Assembly (NCBI RefSeq): GCF_009914755.1
Contig: NC_060936.1
Strand: one strand, 5' to 3'
DNA length: 64,000 nt
Origin: the human T2T-CHM13v2.0 reference genome, Homo sapiens
Positions 1 to 11,578 of this stretch are shown here, piece by piece. The notes under the pieces are model-generated. The model was not told the DNA's origin and ran no database searches. It saw nothing but the letters and a program-made list of their open reading frames with translations. The stretch's first letter is position 1. Every line of letters starts with the position of its first letter. Position numbers and translations under genes: made by a program.

Positions 1-802
1 CCTCTGTAGGCTCTTCGTTTCTCTCTTATTTAAAACTTTCATTAAAACCTAGTAGCCAACACAGAACCTCCTTAGGGAGTGCATAGCAGCAAAAGCCTAT
101 GGATGCTAACAGATTAATATCTTTCCCCTCAACACAACTATTATGTCAAAGCACTGCCTACATATTGAAAAATACCTAATCTAAAGAGAAAAATCAGTTG
201 TATGATTTGGTCTCATTCTTAAGGAAAACGTTCTAAGTAAACTCTAAAACCGCTCAGTAACTAATGCCCATTAGAGTAGTCAAGTGAATGTGGTTCTGCC
301 CTGTGTTTTTCCATTATTTATTCATTTTTTCTACTATGATTTTATTTTGCCAAAGAATTTAAGAGCCAAAAAAGAGGTGCTACATATGACTGTGGCACAG
401 GTCAACCTGAAAAAATTGGGATAGAACAAGATTGGATGCAGATTGCTTTAACCATGAATAGGGCTAAAAAGACTTGAAGTAGGAAGACTGTGGTAAGAAT
501 GAGAAGAAAGACAGTAATGTGAGAGAAGCTATAAATAAACTATAAGCTATAAGTTGGAGCTCTGGAAAGATAGGAGAACAGCAAGGAGATTTGGAAGCCA
601 CTCACTTATAAATAAAAGCAGAAAGAGAATTGATAAAAATAGGGAAAAAAAAGAAGGTGAATGAGGTAATAGTGCATAATTTTCTTTAGTTTGTTTGGAA
701 TGAGATTATTAACTGCTTTCATAGTGAAGTGCATTGTATAAATGTTCATTGACACTAAAAGTGAATGTCCTCATTTCTTTAAAGCCCTAATTCTTTGTTA
801 AA

Positions 803-956
803 GTGGGGGAGGGAGGTAATGAAAAATTACTTAATGGGTATAATGTACATTATTATTGGGGTGATACACCCACTAAAAGCCAAGACTTCACCACTATGTG
901 ATATGCCCATGTGAAAAAAATTGCACTTGTACCTCTTAAATTTATACACATAAAAA
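803..956 (+). mobile_element. L1MA-type LINE-1 3' end fragment
   Basis: aaattacttaatgggtataatgtacattat...aaaagccaagacttcaccact...ttgcacttgtacctcttaaatttatac then an A-run; resembles the L1MA 3'UTR terminus. Confidence 0.75.
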
Positions 957-1446
957 GGCACTTTTTGCATCTCAAATTATTTTAGAATAAATATTGAGGC
1001 ATTTTTGTTATGCATTATAAGGTTTTCTGAATAAAATAATTGCTATTTAGATCTCCAACTATTTTTATTACAGATAACAATTATTAAATTTAAAAGTCTT
1101 TGATGCCTTGAAGGGTTAATTTAGAACTGAGGCAAAACTGAAATCATTTGATCATGAGATTTGTTTTATTATTTGTTTGATTTTTTACCTTTTGGAAGTA
1201 AGGAAAACTGGCGAGTCAGTTTTACAATGGCTATATTATTAAAAACAGCATAGTAGTACTCATGTTGGAATTGCAACCAGACTAGAGATGTCATCATTTT
1301 GTCTGAGTTGGGAGCTGGGCTAGGGGTGGAAGGAATGCGGGAGCCTAGGAGGGGAACTTACGGCAGGACCAGCTGGCAATTTCCAGTCATGACCCAGGTG
1401 AACAACCATCATCAGGATCTTGGGTGTGTACCTGAGTCTGAAAACG

Positions 1447-1744
1447 TGGGTCTTGCTCTGTTACCCAGGCTGGAATGCAATGACACAATCAAAGCTCAAA
1501 GCAGCCTTGACCTCCTGGGCTCAAGCAATCCTTCTGCTTTATCCTCCTGCCTCATCATTATGGGTAGCTGGGTCTGCAGGTGTGCACCACCACATCTGGA
1601 AATTTTTTTTTTTTTTTTTTTTTTGGTAGAAATGGATTCACTATGTTGCCTAGGCTGGTCTCAAACTCCTGGGCTCAAGCAATCCACCCACCTTGGTCTC
1701 CCAAAGGATTGGGATTATAGGCATGAGCCACAACACCTTGCCCA
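1447..1744 (-). mobile_element. AluJ-type SINE with no poly(A) tail remaining
   Basis: gggtcttgctctgttacccaggctgg...gacctcctgggctcaagcaatcc...T-rich linker...caaactcctgggctcaagcaatcc...gcatgagccac; AluJ-like ctgggctcaagc in both arms. Confidence 0.92.
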
Positions 1745-1814
1745 GTATTCATTTTTACAAAATTTTAACCGACATATGAAGAAAGAAGTCAGTCAGTTAA
1801 AGAATGAGGTCAAA

Positions 1815-2175
1815 AGCATGGCCAAAATGTGTACATTGAAGTTCTAACCCCCAGTTTCTTAGAATGTGGTTATAATTGGGATAAGGTCTTTCAAGAGGTG
1901 CTGAAGTCATATGAAGTCATAGGAGTGGGCCTTAATTCAATATAACTGGTTTACTTTTAAGTGGAGATTAGGACACAGAAGCACAGCAGGAAGACCACAT
2001 GAAGACAAAGGGAAAATGTGGCTATCTGCGAGCCAAACAGAAGACAGCAGAATGAAACCAAGCCTACCAACACCTTGACTTCAGACTTCTAGCCTCCAAA
2101 GCTGTGAGGATTCATTTCTGTTTCTTAAGCCACTCACTCAGGCAGTTTGGTATGGCACCCTTAAAAAACTAACAT
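1815..2175 (+). mobile_element. MaLR solo LTR (MLT1B-like)
   Basis: gaagttctaacccccag...aaggtctttcaagagg...caccttgacttcagacttctagcctccaaagctgtgag...ttaagccactc...tatggcaccc...aaactaaca. Confidence 0.85.
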
Positions 2176-2329
2176 AAGGTAGATTCAAGATGTATTTGAA
2201 ATATAGAATTGCTAGGGTTTTGGATTGCATTGGGTGTTGAAGAGAGGTGGGTTTAACAAAGACATGTTAAGAATTGGTTTCCTACTTTGAGCAATTGCCT
2301 AAATGCTATTGCGATTATGACACCACTAA

Positions 2330-2452
2330 CCTGAGCCTTACATAGATTACATAACATGTCAAATTCCCTCAGCTAGGAGAGAGTGGAACTGGAACTTGAA
2401 TCCAGGTTTGTTTGATGCCAAAGCTACAATCTTAACCTCTATTGCTATACTC
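2330..2452 (+). mobile_element. MIR fragment
   Basis: cagctaggagagagtggaactggaacttgaatccaggtttgtttgatgccaaagc...cttaacc resembles the MIR core. Confidence 0.6.
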
Positions 2453-3111
2453 CTCACATTTTTTAAATATTGTACTTATAGCTGTGAAATTTTTAAGGCA
2501 AAAATTAACCACAGGGATGAAATGACTAACTTCGCCCCTTTATTTCACTGTTAGAAAACTAAGGCTCGAGTGAAAGCAGACCTCTCCATTTTAAATTCAG
2601 TTTATCTTTGTGTGATAAAAGGAACTAAAAATAAGCCTTCTCCCTCCTATCTACAGAAACAGAACTAATTTTCTCTATTGATTAAAGATGTCCCTTTGAA
2701 TAGTGAAAATCAAAATCATTAGCATTTCAAATAATAGATTTAGCCAAAGTTCTTTCCATCTGGTGATTTTTGTTTAATGAAACACTGCAAAGCGTGAAAC
2801 TTTACATGACAGGAGTTAGCTGAATTTAACTTTATACCTTGACTTAACGGAAAGAATTTTGCTGTAGAACAATATAACTTAGAATAGTGACTCCCATGCT
2901 TATGCTTTTTTTCCCCCTTATATAATCTCTCTTCCTTTCCCCAAAAACTCTTTCTTATTTTCAGTATTTGCCTTATTTTTACATACACTCATAGAACACA
3001 CATATACATTCACAAACAGACAAACAACTCAAGCAGTACATCTTAGAAATGACCATGGATATCAAAGTTCCGTTTGGAACTTTGTTAACTAAGATGAGAA
3101 TCAGAGCAAAT

Positions 3112-3329
3112 GCGATTTTTTAAAATTTTTATGTTTTTATTTCCATAGGTTTTTGGGGAATGGGTGGTGTTTGGTTACATAAGTAAGTTCTTTAATGGTG
3201 ATTTCTGAGATTTTGGTGCACCCATCACCTGAGCAGTACACACTATTCCCAATTGGTAGTCTTTTATCCCTTATCCCCTCCCACCCTTTCCCCCAAGTCC
3301 CCAAAGTCCATTGTATCATTCTTTTGCCT
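3112..3329 (-). mobile_element. Severely 5'-truncated L1PB (3'UTR only) with 11-bp TSD
   Basis: T-rich tail, then ggttacataagtaagttctttaatggtgatttctgagattttggtgcacccatcacctgagcag (same sequence as 9840-9900); TCAGAGCAAAT at 3101-3111 and 3330-3340. Confidence 0.9.
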
Positions 3330-3734
3330 TCAGAGCAAATCTTAAATCCTGGGAAAGATGGGGCTGCATTGAAAGGAACCAGGGAGAATGAGTATTTTCC
3401 ACCATCTACCCTCCCATCACCAGCATCATTGCTATTACCATCACTATCTCCTCTGCCACAAAAAAATACCAGATTATCACGCTGAAAATTCTAGTCTTTG
3501 GGACTGATTATAAGGCCCCTGATAGGATATGAGACAGAGCATGTGGAGACCAAGGGAAACATTATTCTTATGTTATTTTCAGTAGAAATTCCATTGGATT
3601 TTCAGTCCAGAAATTAAAATTCCAGTAATGAACAACATTATTCAGTCATCTAGAGTCAGACAATTCATAAGTATTTTTAATCCTCAATTCTTTTGTCTGT
3701 AAAATGAGAGATTTTTTTTTTCTAAAAGATGCAG

Positions 3735-3940
3735 TACAGAATACTGGGGAAATGCCAGCCTTTAGAGTTCAACAGATTCAGTTCAAATCCAAACTCTGCT
3801 AGTGTTAACTACTCAAACTTGTCTTGAACTTGTTTCATCATCTATAAAATGAGCCTTACGTTGTTTAATTACATTGTGTAAGGATTAAAGGGGATAACAC
3901 ATAAAAAGCAATGGCTACTTGGATGTCTCAATAAATATTC
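3735..3940 (-). mobile_element. MIR fragment
   Basis: gcctttagagttcaacagattcagttcaaatccaaactctgc...gtttcatcatctataaaatgag...gtaaggattaaagggg...tcaataaat. Confidence 0.6.
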
Positions 3941-6900
3941 ATTATATCAAAATCCTGCTAAGTTCCATGACCTTAAATCAGATTTGAATGAACAATCAGG
4001 ATATGTCGTGGAAGATAAAAAAAAAAAGAGAAAGAGCGTCCCACTTCTTTTGCTTTAGTAGAGGCGGTGATGGTGGCAGTGGTTAAGTTCCATAGTTAAG
4101 TAATTGAGAAAACATTCATTGAGTTCTGGACATTTTACTGGGCATTAGGATACAAAGATGCCCATTATATGATTAACAAGGAATTCATAGTCTACTCAGA
4201 AGATGAACAAATAACAAGCATTACCAAGCAGTGTGGTTAGATGAGTGATAAAGCTCAATATAGGATATTGCAGGCACATAAAGGGACTATGTACCCCAAC
4301 CTGGAGTGAATTTCATGCACATAAATCACTGGTCTCTTCTTGCCATTATCCGATACAGCAAATTCCTCTCTTGGAAGCCACTAAACATTGAGTGCCTGTT
4401 GAACCACAATAACTTTACACCTGAAAAACTAAGGCACTCAGCAAAGTCCCAATTTGTGAAGGATATTCTTAGGATGTTTTGATACTTAGCTCTGTTTGGG
4501 GAGCCCTAATTTAGGAAATTTTATTATTTTAATTATCAAAAATTTGATTTTTATCTTATAGGAGGTCTGTTTAGAGACCACATTACAATAACAGTTTACA
4601 AGTTCCCTTTACAGATACATGGCTCCATTGCACCTGGTAAAAAATGGCTTCAATTACTATTACATTAAAATGCAAAGGGATCTTATGCTGACCAAAGGAA
4701 AAGGAGAGAATATTGAAAGACTTTGACCTCTACATGGTATTAAGGGAAGTTATTGTTATATAGAGGTGTAGCACTGAGAGTCACTTAAATGGTAGGAGAG
4801 CCGTGGCTTCTTTTCTGGAGGTCCTGACATTTTAAAATTTTTCTGTGTATTTTAAACCAGAATATTTCTGAGATTATAGGCTTCTTCCTTTTCTTCAATC
4901 TTCCTCATTTTTGAAAAAGAGGAACTGATAAGAAAAAGTATATATCTTTTCCCTCACATATGCTGCAGGACATAGGAATTGCATCATATTTTCAGGAAAA
5001 AAAAAAGTATTTGAGTTGGTTAATTAGGCAAATCAATACCATAAGATACTTGGATTGTTAAACTGGAAACCTGAAAGTTATACAATGTGTCTTGGTAAAC
5101 AAATTAATGAAGCATTTGGGTGGATGCATTCATGTAGAAAAATCTTGTCATAAAAGATTCTGGGGATATTTTTACTTAAAGTGACATAAAATTCCTAAGG
5201 AGATGAGACTCTCATAACAGAAAAATCTGTGAACATGTATAACAAGAATATATTAAAGTTTTCTTGTCATAATGCTTTTCAATCCGTTTTAAAAATTTCT
5301 CATCTTTGTGTGGAGCGGGTTGGGAGGAGAGAAAGAGAGAGAGCCTTGGAAAAGCAGAAATCCATCAGCTCTTGGTTATTGTGTGCCAAACACAGGAGTT
5401 CCGTAGTAGAGAGAAGTCAACTGGAGATGTCCACCACCACAGGCATTTAATTCCTGGTGGATTGATTTTTGTTGTGAAGTGATAAAAGATGCAACCTTAA
5501 GCTTTCAGCATCTAGTATCTGTAGCTCTGCCAGACCGTTCATTGAGTGTTCATCTTAGCCCAGATTAAGCTAGGCCCATGGGACTGTAACGGGTAAGTGC
5601 AACATAGAACCTGGGAAGCCTCCTTCTTTTTATAAGTTAAACCTTAAAACATACAAACAGGTGATATAATGATTTTTCTTTCAAAATTATTACCTTGTAC
5701 TTTCTCTACTTTACGTCAATAATGTTCACTGCAGAAATGAATAAAAAATAGCGCTCTGTTTTTAAAAGTCTGTGGCAAAGAATTTTAATAAGTCTTACCA
5801 AAAAATCAGAATCATAGAAGTTTAGGAAAACCCTATATTAAACAAAGGTAAACAAGTTTTATTACTGAAGAATTTTTTCAAACCATTAACATACATCACC
5901 ACAGTATAAGATGGCAGGGGTTAGAATACAGTGCTTTTATATTTTGTTGACTATAGAATTAGTTGCAAAGTTAGGGGAAATTTCTTTGTGTGCTGTAGAG
6001 TCTAGTAACTCACCTTCTATTTCCCTTAGAACAAAAAGTGCTTTCTTCTCCTGGCAAGCAATTTAAGAGGATTTGGCTAAGGGAGGTTCAGATTGTAAGG
6101 TGCAAGGATGTTTAAAGACCCTTATAGCCTTGGTCACTCTTTCTTTTGGAAGCTGCATTCCAAATCATATCAAAATTTTAAAATGTAACCAAATGTCACA
6201 TTAAATAAAATGTTTATCCTATAAGTCATTTTAAAGGATTTGCAAAGGTAGCTTTTCTGACAGTAATAAGATACAATTTAAAAACAGGTAATGCAATGCA
6301 AAACTTGAAAAAAGAAAACAGCCAATTATGAAGAGAATTGGCAATCATTGGAAGTAAAAAAAGAGAGAAAGAAAGAAAAAGAGTGTCAAGGAAACATAAC
6401 ACTGGCAAGGGTGTATGAAAATATCATTTAGGGAAAAGGTTTTTTTTTTTTTTTTTTACCATGACCACCGTTACACAATTTCGGGTGGCAAAATTAAAAC
6501 AAACTGTCATGTGAATGGTGCCTACTAATTTTGTGCTCTATGGCAGCCCTGTCACTGCTTGAACCTGGAACAAACCTGCTCTAGTTGGGAGGCAGGTGTA
6601 TCTGTGGAAATGCAGCACATCCACCTGTCAAAACAAGAGGCCATTAAGCCCTGCAATCAAAGTTCCAGCAACCTCTGCTCTGATTCCAGGATCACCAAGC
6701 AATCCTCTGATTATAATTTTACTTTCTATGCAGCTTCCTACAGAGAAAGAATATGATGGTCAGAGAAATGAGTAACTGTCCCACTTGACAATTATTTTTC
6801 TCACTGAAAATGGAATAAATACTCTAGCATTTTCCACTAGTCCATTTTATGCTGTTTAAGAGTGAATAAAGATCTTCAAGTTTGAACTGTTCTAAGAAAC

Positions 6901-7351
6901 AGACAAAACCAAATTTTGAGTTTGAAAATCTGGCCTGGTATGCTTTTGAAAATATAGTACAATTTTGTGGAACTTCTTAAGGATAACCAGTGGGCCTCAC
7001 TTGGCATTGCAGTGGCTCAAACGCCTTTACATTTAAACCTAAAATGGAGGTGAGATTCTGGGTAATAAATAACAGACTATTTTTAAATAGAACCTGAGAA
7101 ATAAAGGCAGACGATAAAGAAATAAAATGAATCAATTACATAGGTTAAATGCTTATAATTACATTATTTTACTTAACTCTAAAAACTTTGTGAGGTAAGT
7201 TAATGTCATCTTAAATTTAGTGAGGAAAGACTGGACACTCTGTGAAATTTCTCTGATCTGCCTAAGGCCACACAGGAACTGGAGGGATCATAGTTCACTG
7301 GTTTTGCATTGCATGTCGTACTGCAACATCACATAAGTAAAATGATGGAAT

Positions 7352-7745
7352 TGTTACCGGTGGAAGGTCTTGACTACCAGTTGTCCAGGTTCTTGGCATT
7401 TTGAAAAAAGAATTGGACAAAATGCACAAAGTAACAAAAGAACAGAACAACAAAAGAAACAATACAAGAAGCAATGAAACCACAGATTTATTGAAGTGAA
7501 AGTACACTCCAAAGTGTGGGAGAAGGCTGGAGCAAGCAGCTCAAGAGCACTGGCTGCAAAATCTTCTGGTGCTTAAGTACCCTTTAGAGGTTTTCTATTC
7601 GCTACACCCTATGTAAATGAAGATGGCCTGCAACCAATTGGAGGCTGAACTAAGGTTACACCCTATGCAAACGAAGACTTGACCCAGGACCAATTGGTGG
7701 CTGATGTGAAGGCTTCCTGTCTCCAGTCCCTATACTCATTCCTTA
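7352..7745 (-). mobile_element. ERV1 solo LTR, MER51-like, with 4-bp TSD
   Basis: tgttaccggtggaaggtcttgact...ccaggttcttggc...acaccctatgcaaa...ttcctgtctccagtccctat...cctta; GAAT at 7348-7351 and 7746-7749. Confidence 0.85.
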
Positions 7746-9414
7746 GAATGACACTGTCTGACATGTCTGAGTGGAGAATAGAGAGATAATATGAAAAAAA
7801 GGAAAACTGCAGAATATCACAAAGCTAGGGCTGGCTGAGAGGATATTGAAATAATCAGTGAGGAGTTTAGACTATACTAATAAATGGCAATGAATACTGA
7901 ACACTGATCTAAAAATAATGTCTGTCTCTATCAAGAAGTCAAGAAGTATGCAGTGACTATTGTATGTATGTTGGTTACAAATTGAGTTGGATTGTTTGTA
8001 TATTTAGCCACATCTGTTGGCATATCTATTCCATTATAAATCATCTTTTACTTGTAAATAATTGGAGACATACTTATATAAAACTATAGAATGCAATTTG
8101 TGGATAATGGACTTGGAGAGTATGCAATTATGCAGATCAGAATAATTGCTTAACTTACAAAAAAATAATTTTTAGTAGGTGGTTCAGGATATACAAGTAG
8201 AAAACAGGGAATTGCATACATTACCACAGTGAACAGCTAGTCAGGCATGTGTCAATTTTAAGTGTCAGAGGATCAAATATAAAGAACTCTACACCATCTG
8301 GGTGTGTACTGCCATACAATAATCAGAAACTTGGCAAGCATGTGTTCACACTGATCACACTGTGATTCCTATTGACTAGAAACACCACTCTGGTGTTTTA
8401 ATTAGAGATGTGTCAAGTAATTCATTGTTAACCATGGTATAGATGAACTAGCATTGGTTACAATTTGGAAAACTCCCTGTACCTTTATTCCATGTATGGG
8501 AGTCTCTTGGCAAGATTTTTCTGTGAGCTGAAAATAATGCATATTATGTCTACTAATCATTAAGACATGTCCCATTGTGTTAATGCCATGACTACATGGA
8601 AAAACAGATGTGGCAATTAAAACCTGAAAGTGATACCCATTTATTTTTGGCTGGAAAAGTGCTACATATAGAAGTGTTTTGTTTTTTTTCTTCATTAGCC
8701 AAGATGGCATGAACAGAGTAACTATTATTTTCCTGCTATTTATGAATAGTTGATGAATCATGACCCACACTCAACCACCAGCATATTTCTATTTTTAAAC
8801 CATTTTAAATTATGCTTATATTCATTTACTGAAATTTCTGTGAACTCCTGGGGAAAAAAAAAAACTAATATGTGTACTTCCATGTTTTTTTGTTTTGTTT
8901 TCTTTGGTTGGGAGGGGCATGGTTAAGCCACGTTGGCCAGAAAGCAAAGACTGATTAAATGACTAAAATAAAATAGCAGCTACGAACAAGCCTTGTACTC
9001 AAAGTGAAACTTACAAGCATAGAGATAGAAAGTGGAGAATGGTATTCCCAAGTCTATCATACATATATTGTAAAACCAACTGGTCATGTCCTTATTTGAC
9101 AGTAATTGATCAAATTGACAATGGATATATGTAAATCCACTTTGAAGAAGACCAAAAATATCTTATTAACTAGATTTCAGCCTGTTCTAGTTTAAAAATT
9201 TTCTACAAGCTAAGTATTTTCAAGTATCTGGTTTTTGCAAATATTTTTTAAGACTTTTCAGGAAATTAAAGAATAAGATACAGCTTCCACTGTCATGAAG
9301 TTTACAATCCAGAAAAAGAGATAACACTATAATATAAACAACTATACTTCAAAACGAATTGTGTTAAGTATGAGAGGTAGCTTAAATTGCTGTGTGAGAC
9401 TGTGGTAATAAAAC

Positions 9415-9787
9415 TACAAAAAAACACAGTTCCTTTAAAAATCTCAGCTACCGTTTTTGAATAAATTGGTAAGCTGATCCTAAAATTCATGAAAAGTCAA
9501 GGGGCTTAGAAGAAAATTCAAGGGGCTTAGCCAAAACAGTATTTAAAAAGAAAAAGAAATGTGAAGGATTTATAATTTTTGATTTTAGAATTTACTATAA
9601 TGCTATAGTAATCAAGCCAGTGTGGTATTGGTATGAGAAGAGACAAATGTATGAATGAAATAGAGTTGAAAATCCAGAAATATACCACCACATTTGTGGT
9701 CAATTGATTTTGAAAGGGGTGACATTGTCCTGGGATAACTGGAGAGCCACATTAAAAAAAAATAAAGAAGTTGGAATTATACTTTAT
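9415..9787 (+). mobile_element. Old L1M (L1MB/MC-like) ORF2 fragment, left part; host of the L1PB insertion
   Basis: aagctgatcctaaaattcat...ctatagtaatcaagccagtgtggtattgg...gaaaatccagaaata...ggtcaattgattttga; continues collinearly after 19616. Confidence 0.8.
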
Positions 9788-11543
9788 TTTTTTAATTTTT
9801 TTATTTTTGCACAAGTTATTGGGATACAGGTGGTATTTGGTTGTATGAGTAAGTTCTTTAGTGGTGATTGTGAGATTTTGGTGCACCCATCACCTGAGCA
9901 GCAAACACTGTACCCTATTTGTAGTCTTTTATCCCTCGCCCCAATACCACTCTTACCCCCAAGTCTTCAAAGTCCATTTTATCATTCTTATGCCTTTGCA
10001 TCCTCATAGCTTAGCTTTCACATATCAGTGAGAACATACAATGTTTGGTTTTCCATTCCTGAGTTACTTCCCTTAGAATAATAGCCTCTGGTCTCATCAA
10101 GGTCTGCAAATGCTGTTAATTCATTCCTTCTTATGACTGCATATTATTCCGCTATATATATGTAATATATATAACAGATTCTTTATCCACTCATTGATTG
10201 ATGGGCATTTGGGTTGGTTCCATGATTTTGCAATTGTAAATTGTGCTGCTAAAAACGTGTGTGCAAGTATCTTTTTCGAATAATGACTTCTTTTCCTCTG
10301 GGTAGATACCCAGGAGTGGGATTGCTGTATCAAATGGTAGTTCTACTTTTAGTTCTTTAAGGAATCTCCCCACTGTTTTCCAAAGTGGCTGTACTAGTTT
10401 ACATTCCTACCAGCAGTGTAAAAGTGTTGCCTGTTCACCACATCCATGCCAACGTCTACTGTTTTTTGAATTTTTGATTACGGCCATTCTTGCAGGAGTG
10501 AGGTGGTATTGCATTGTAGTTTTGATTTGCATTTCCCTGATCATTAGTGATGTTGAGCATTTTTTCATATGTTTATTGGCCATTTGTAAATCTTCTTTTG
10601 AGAATTGTCTATTTATGTCCTTAGCCCACTTTTTGATGGAATTGTTTGTTTTTATCCTCCTGATTTGTTTCAGTTCGCTGTAGATTCTGGATATTAGTCC
10701 TTTGTCAGATGTATAGATTGTGAAGATTTTCTCCCACTCTGTGGTTGTCTGTTTATTCTGCTGACTGTTCCTTTTGCTGTACAAAAGCTCTTTAATTAGG
10801 TCCCAGCTATTTATCTTTGTTTTTGTTGCATTGCTTCTGGATTCTTGGTCATGGAATCTTTGCCTAAGTCAATGTCTAGAAGGGTTTTTCCAATGTTATC
10901 TTCTAGAATTTTTATAATTTCAGGACTTAGGTTTAATTCTTTAATCCATCTTGAGTTGATTGTTGTATAAGGTGAGAAATGAGGATCCAATTTCATTCTC
11001 CTAAATGTCGATAGCCAATTATCCCAGCACCATTTGTTGAAAAGAGTGTCTTTTCCCCACTTTATGTTTGTGTTTGATTTGTTGGAGATCAACTGGCTGT
11101 AAGTGTTTGGGTTTATTTCTGGGTTTGCTATTCTGTTACATTGGTCTATGTGCCTATTTTTATACAAGTACCATGCTGTTTTGGTGACTATGGCCTTACA
11201 GTATATTTTGAAATCAGGTAGTGTAATGCCTCCAGATTTATTCTTTTTGCTTAGTCTTGCTTTGGCTCTGCAGGTCTTTTTTTTTTTTTTTTTGGTTCCA
11301 TGTGAATTTTAGAATTGTTTTTTCTGACTCTGTGAAGAATGATGGTGGTATTCTTATGGGGATTGTGTTGGATTTGTAGATTGCTTTTGGCAGTAAGGTT
11401 ATTCTCACAATATTGAGTCTACCCATCCATGAGCATGGGATGTGTTTTCATTTGCTTATGTCATCTATGATTTCTTTTAGCAGTGCTTTGTAGTTTTCCT
11501 TGTGGAGGCCTTTCACCTCCTTTGTTAGGTATATTTCTAAGTA

Positions 11544-11578
<35 letters not shown>

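Noticed and set aside
1299-1847. Longest ORF in the track (182 aa)
   Set aside because: Mostly antisense Alu translation (LPRLEC...FFFFF...[11 protein letters not shown]) and starts at TTG; no coding evidence
3063-3084. Perfect hairpin CAAAGTTCC-gttt-GGAACTTTG
   Set aside because: A 9-bp stem is expected by chance in 64 kb of AT-rich DNA; no supporting context
9491-9530. 21-bp-period duplication gaaaagtcaaggggcttag / gaaaattcaaggggcttag
   Set aside because: Ordinary slippage inside a dead L1
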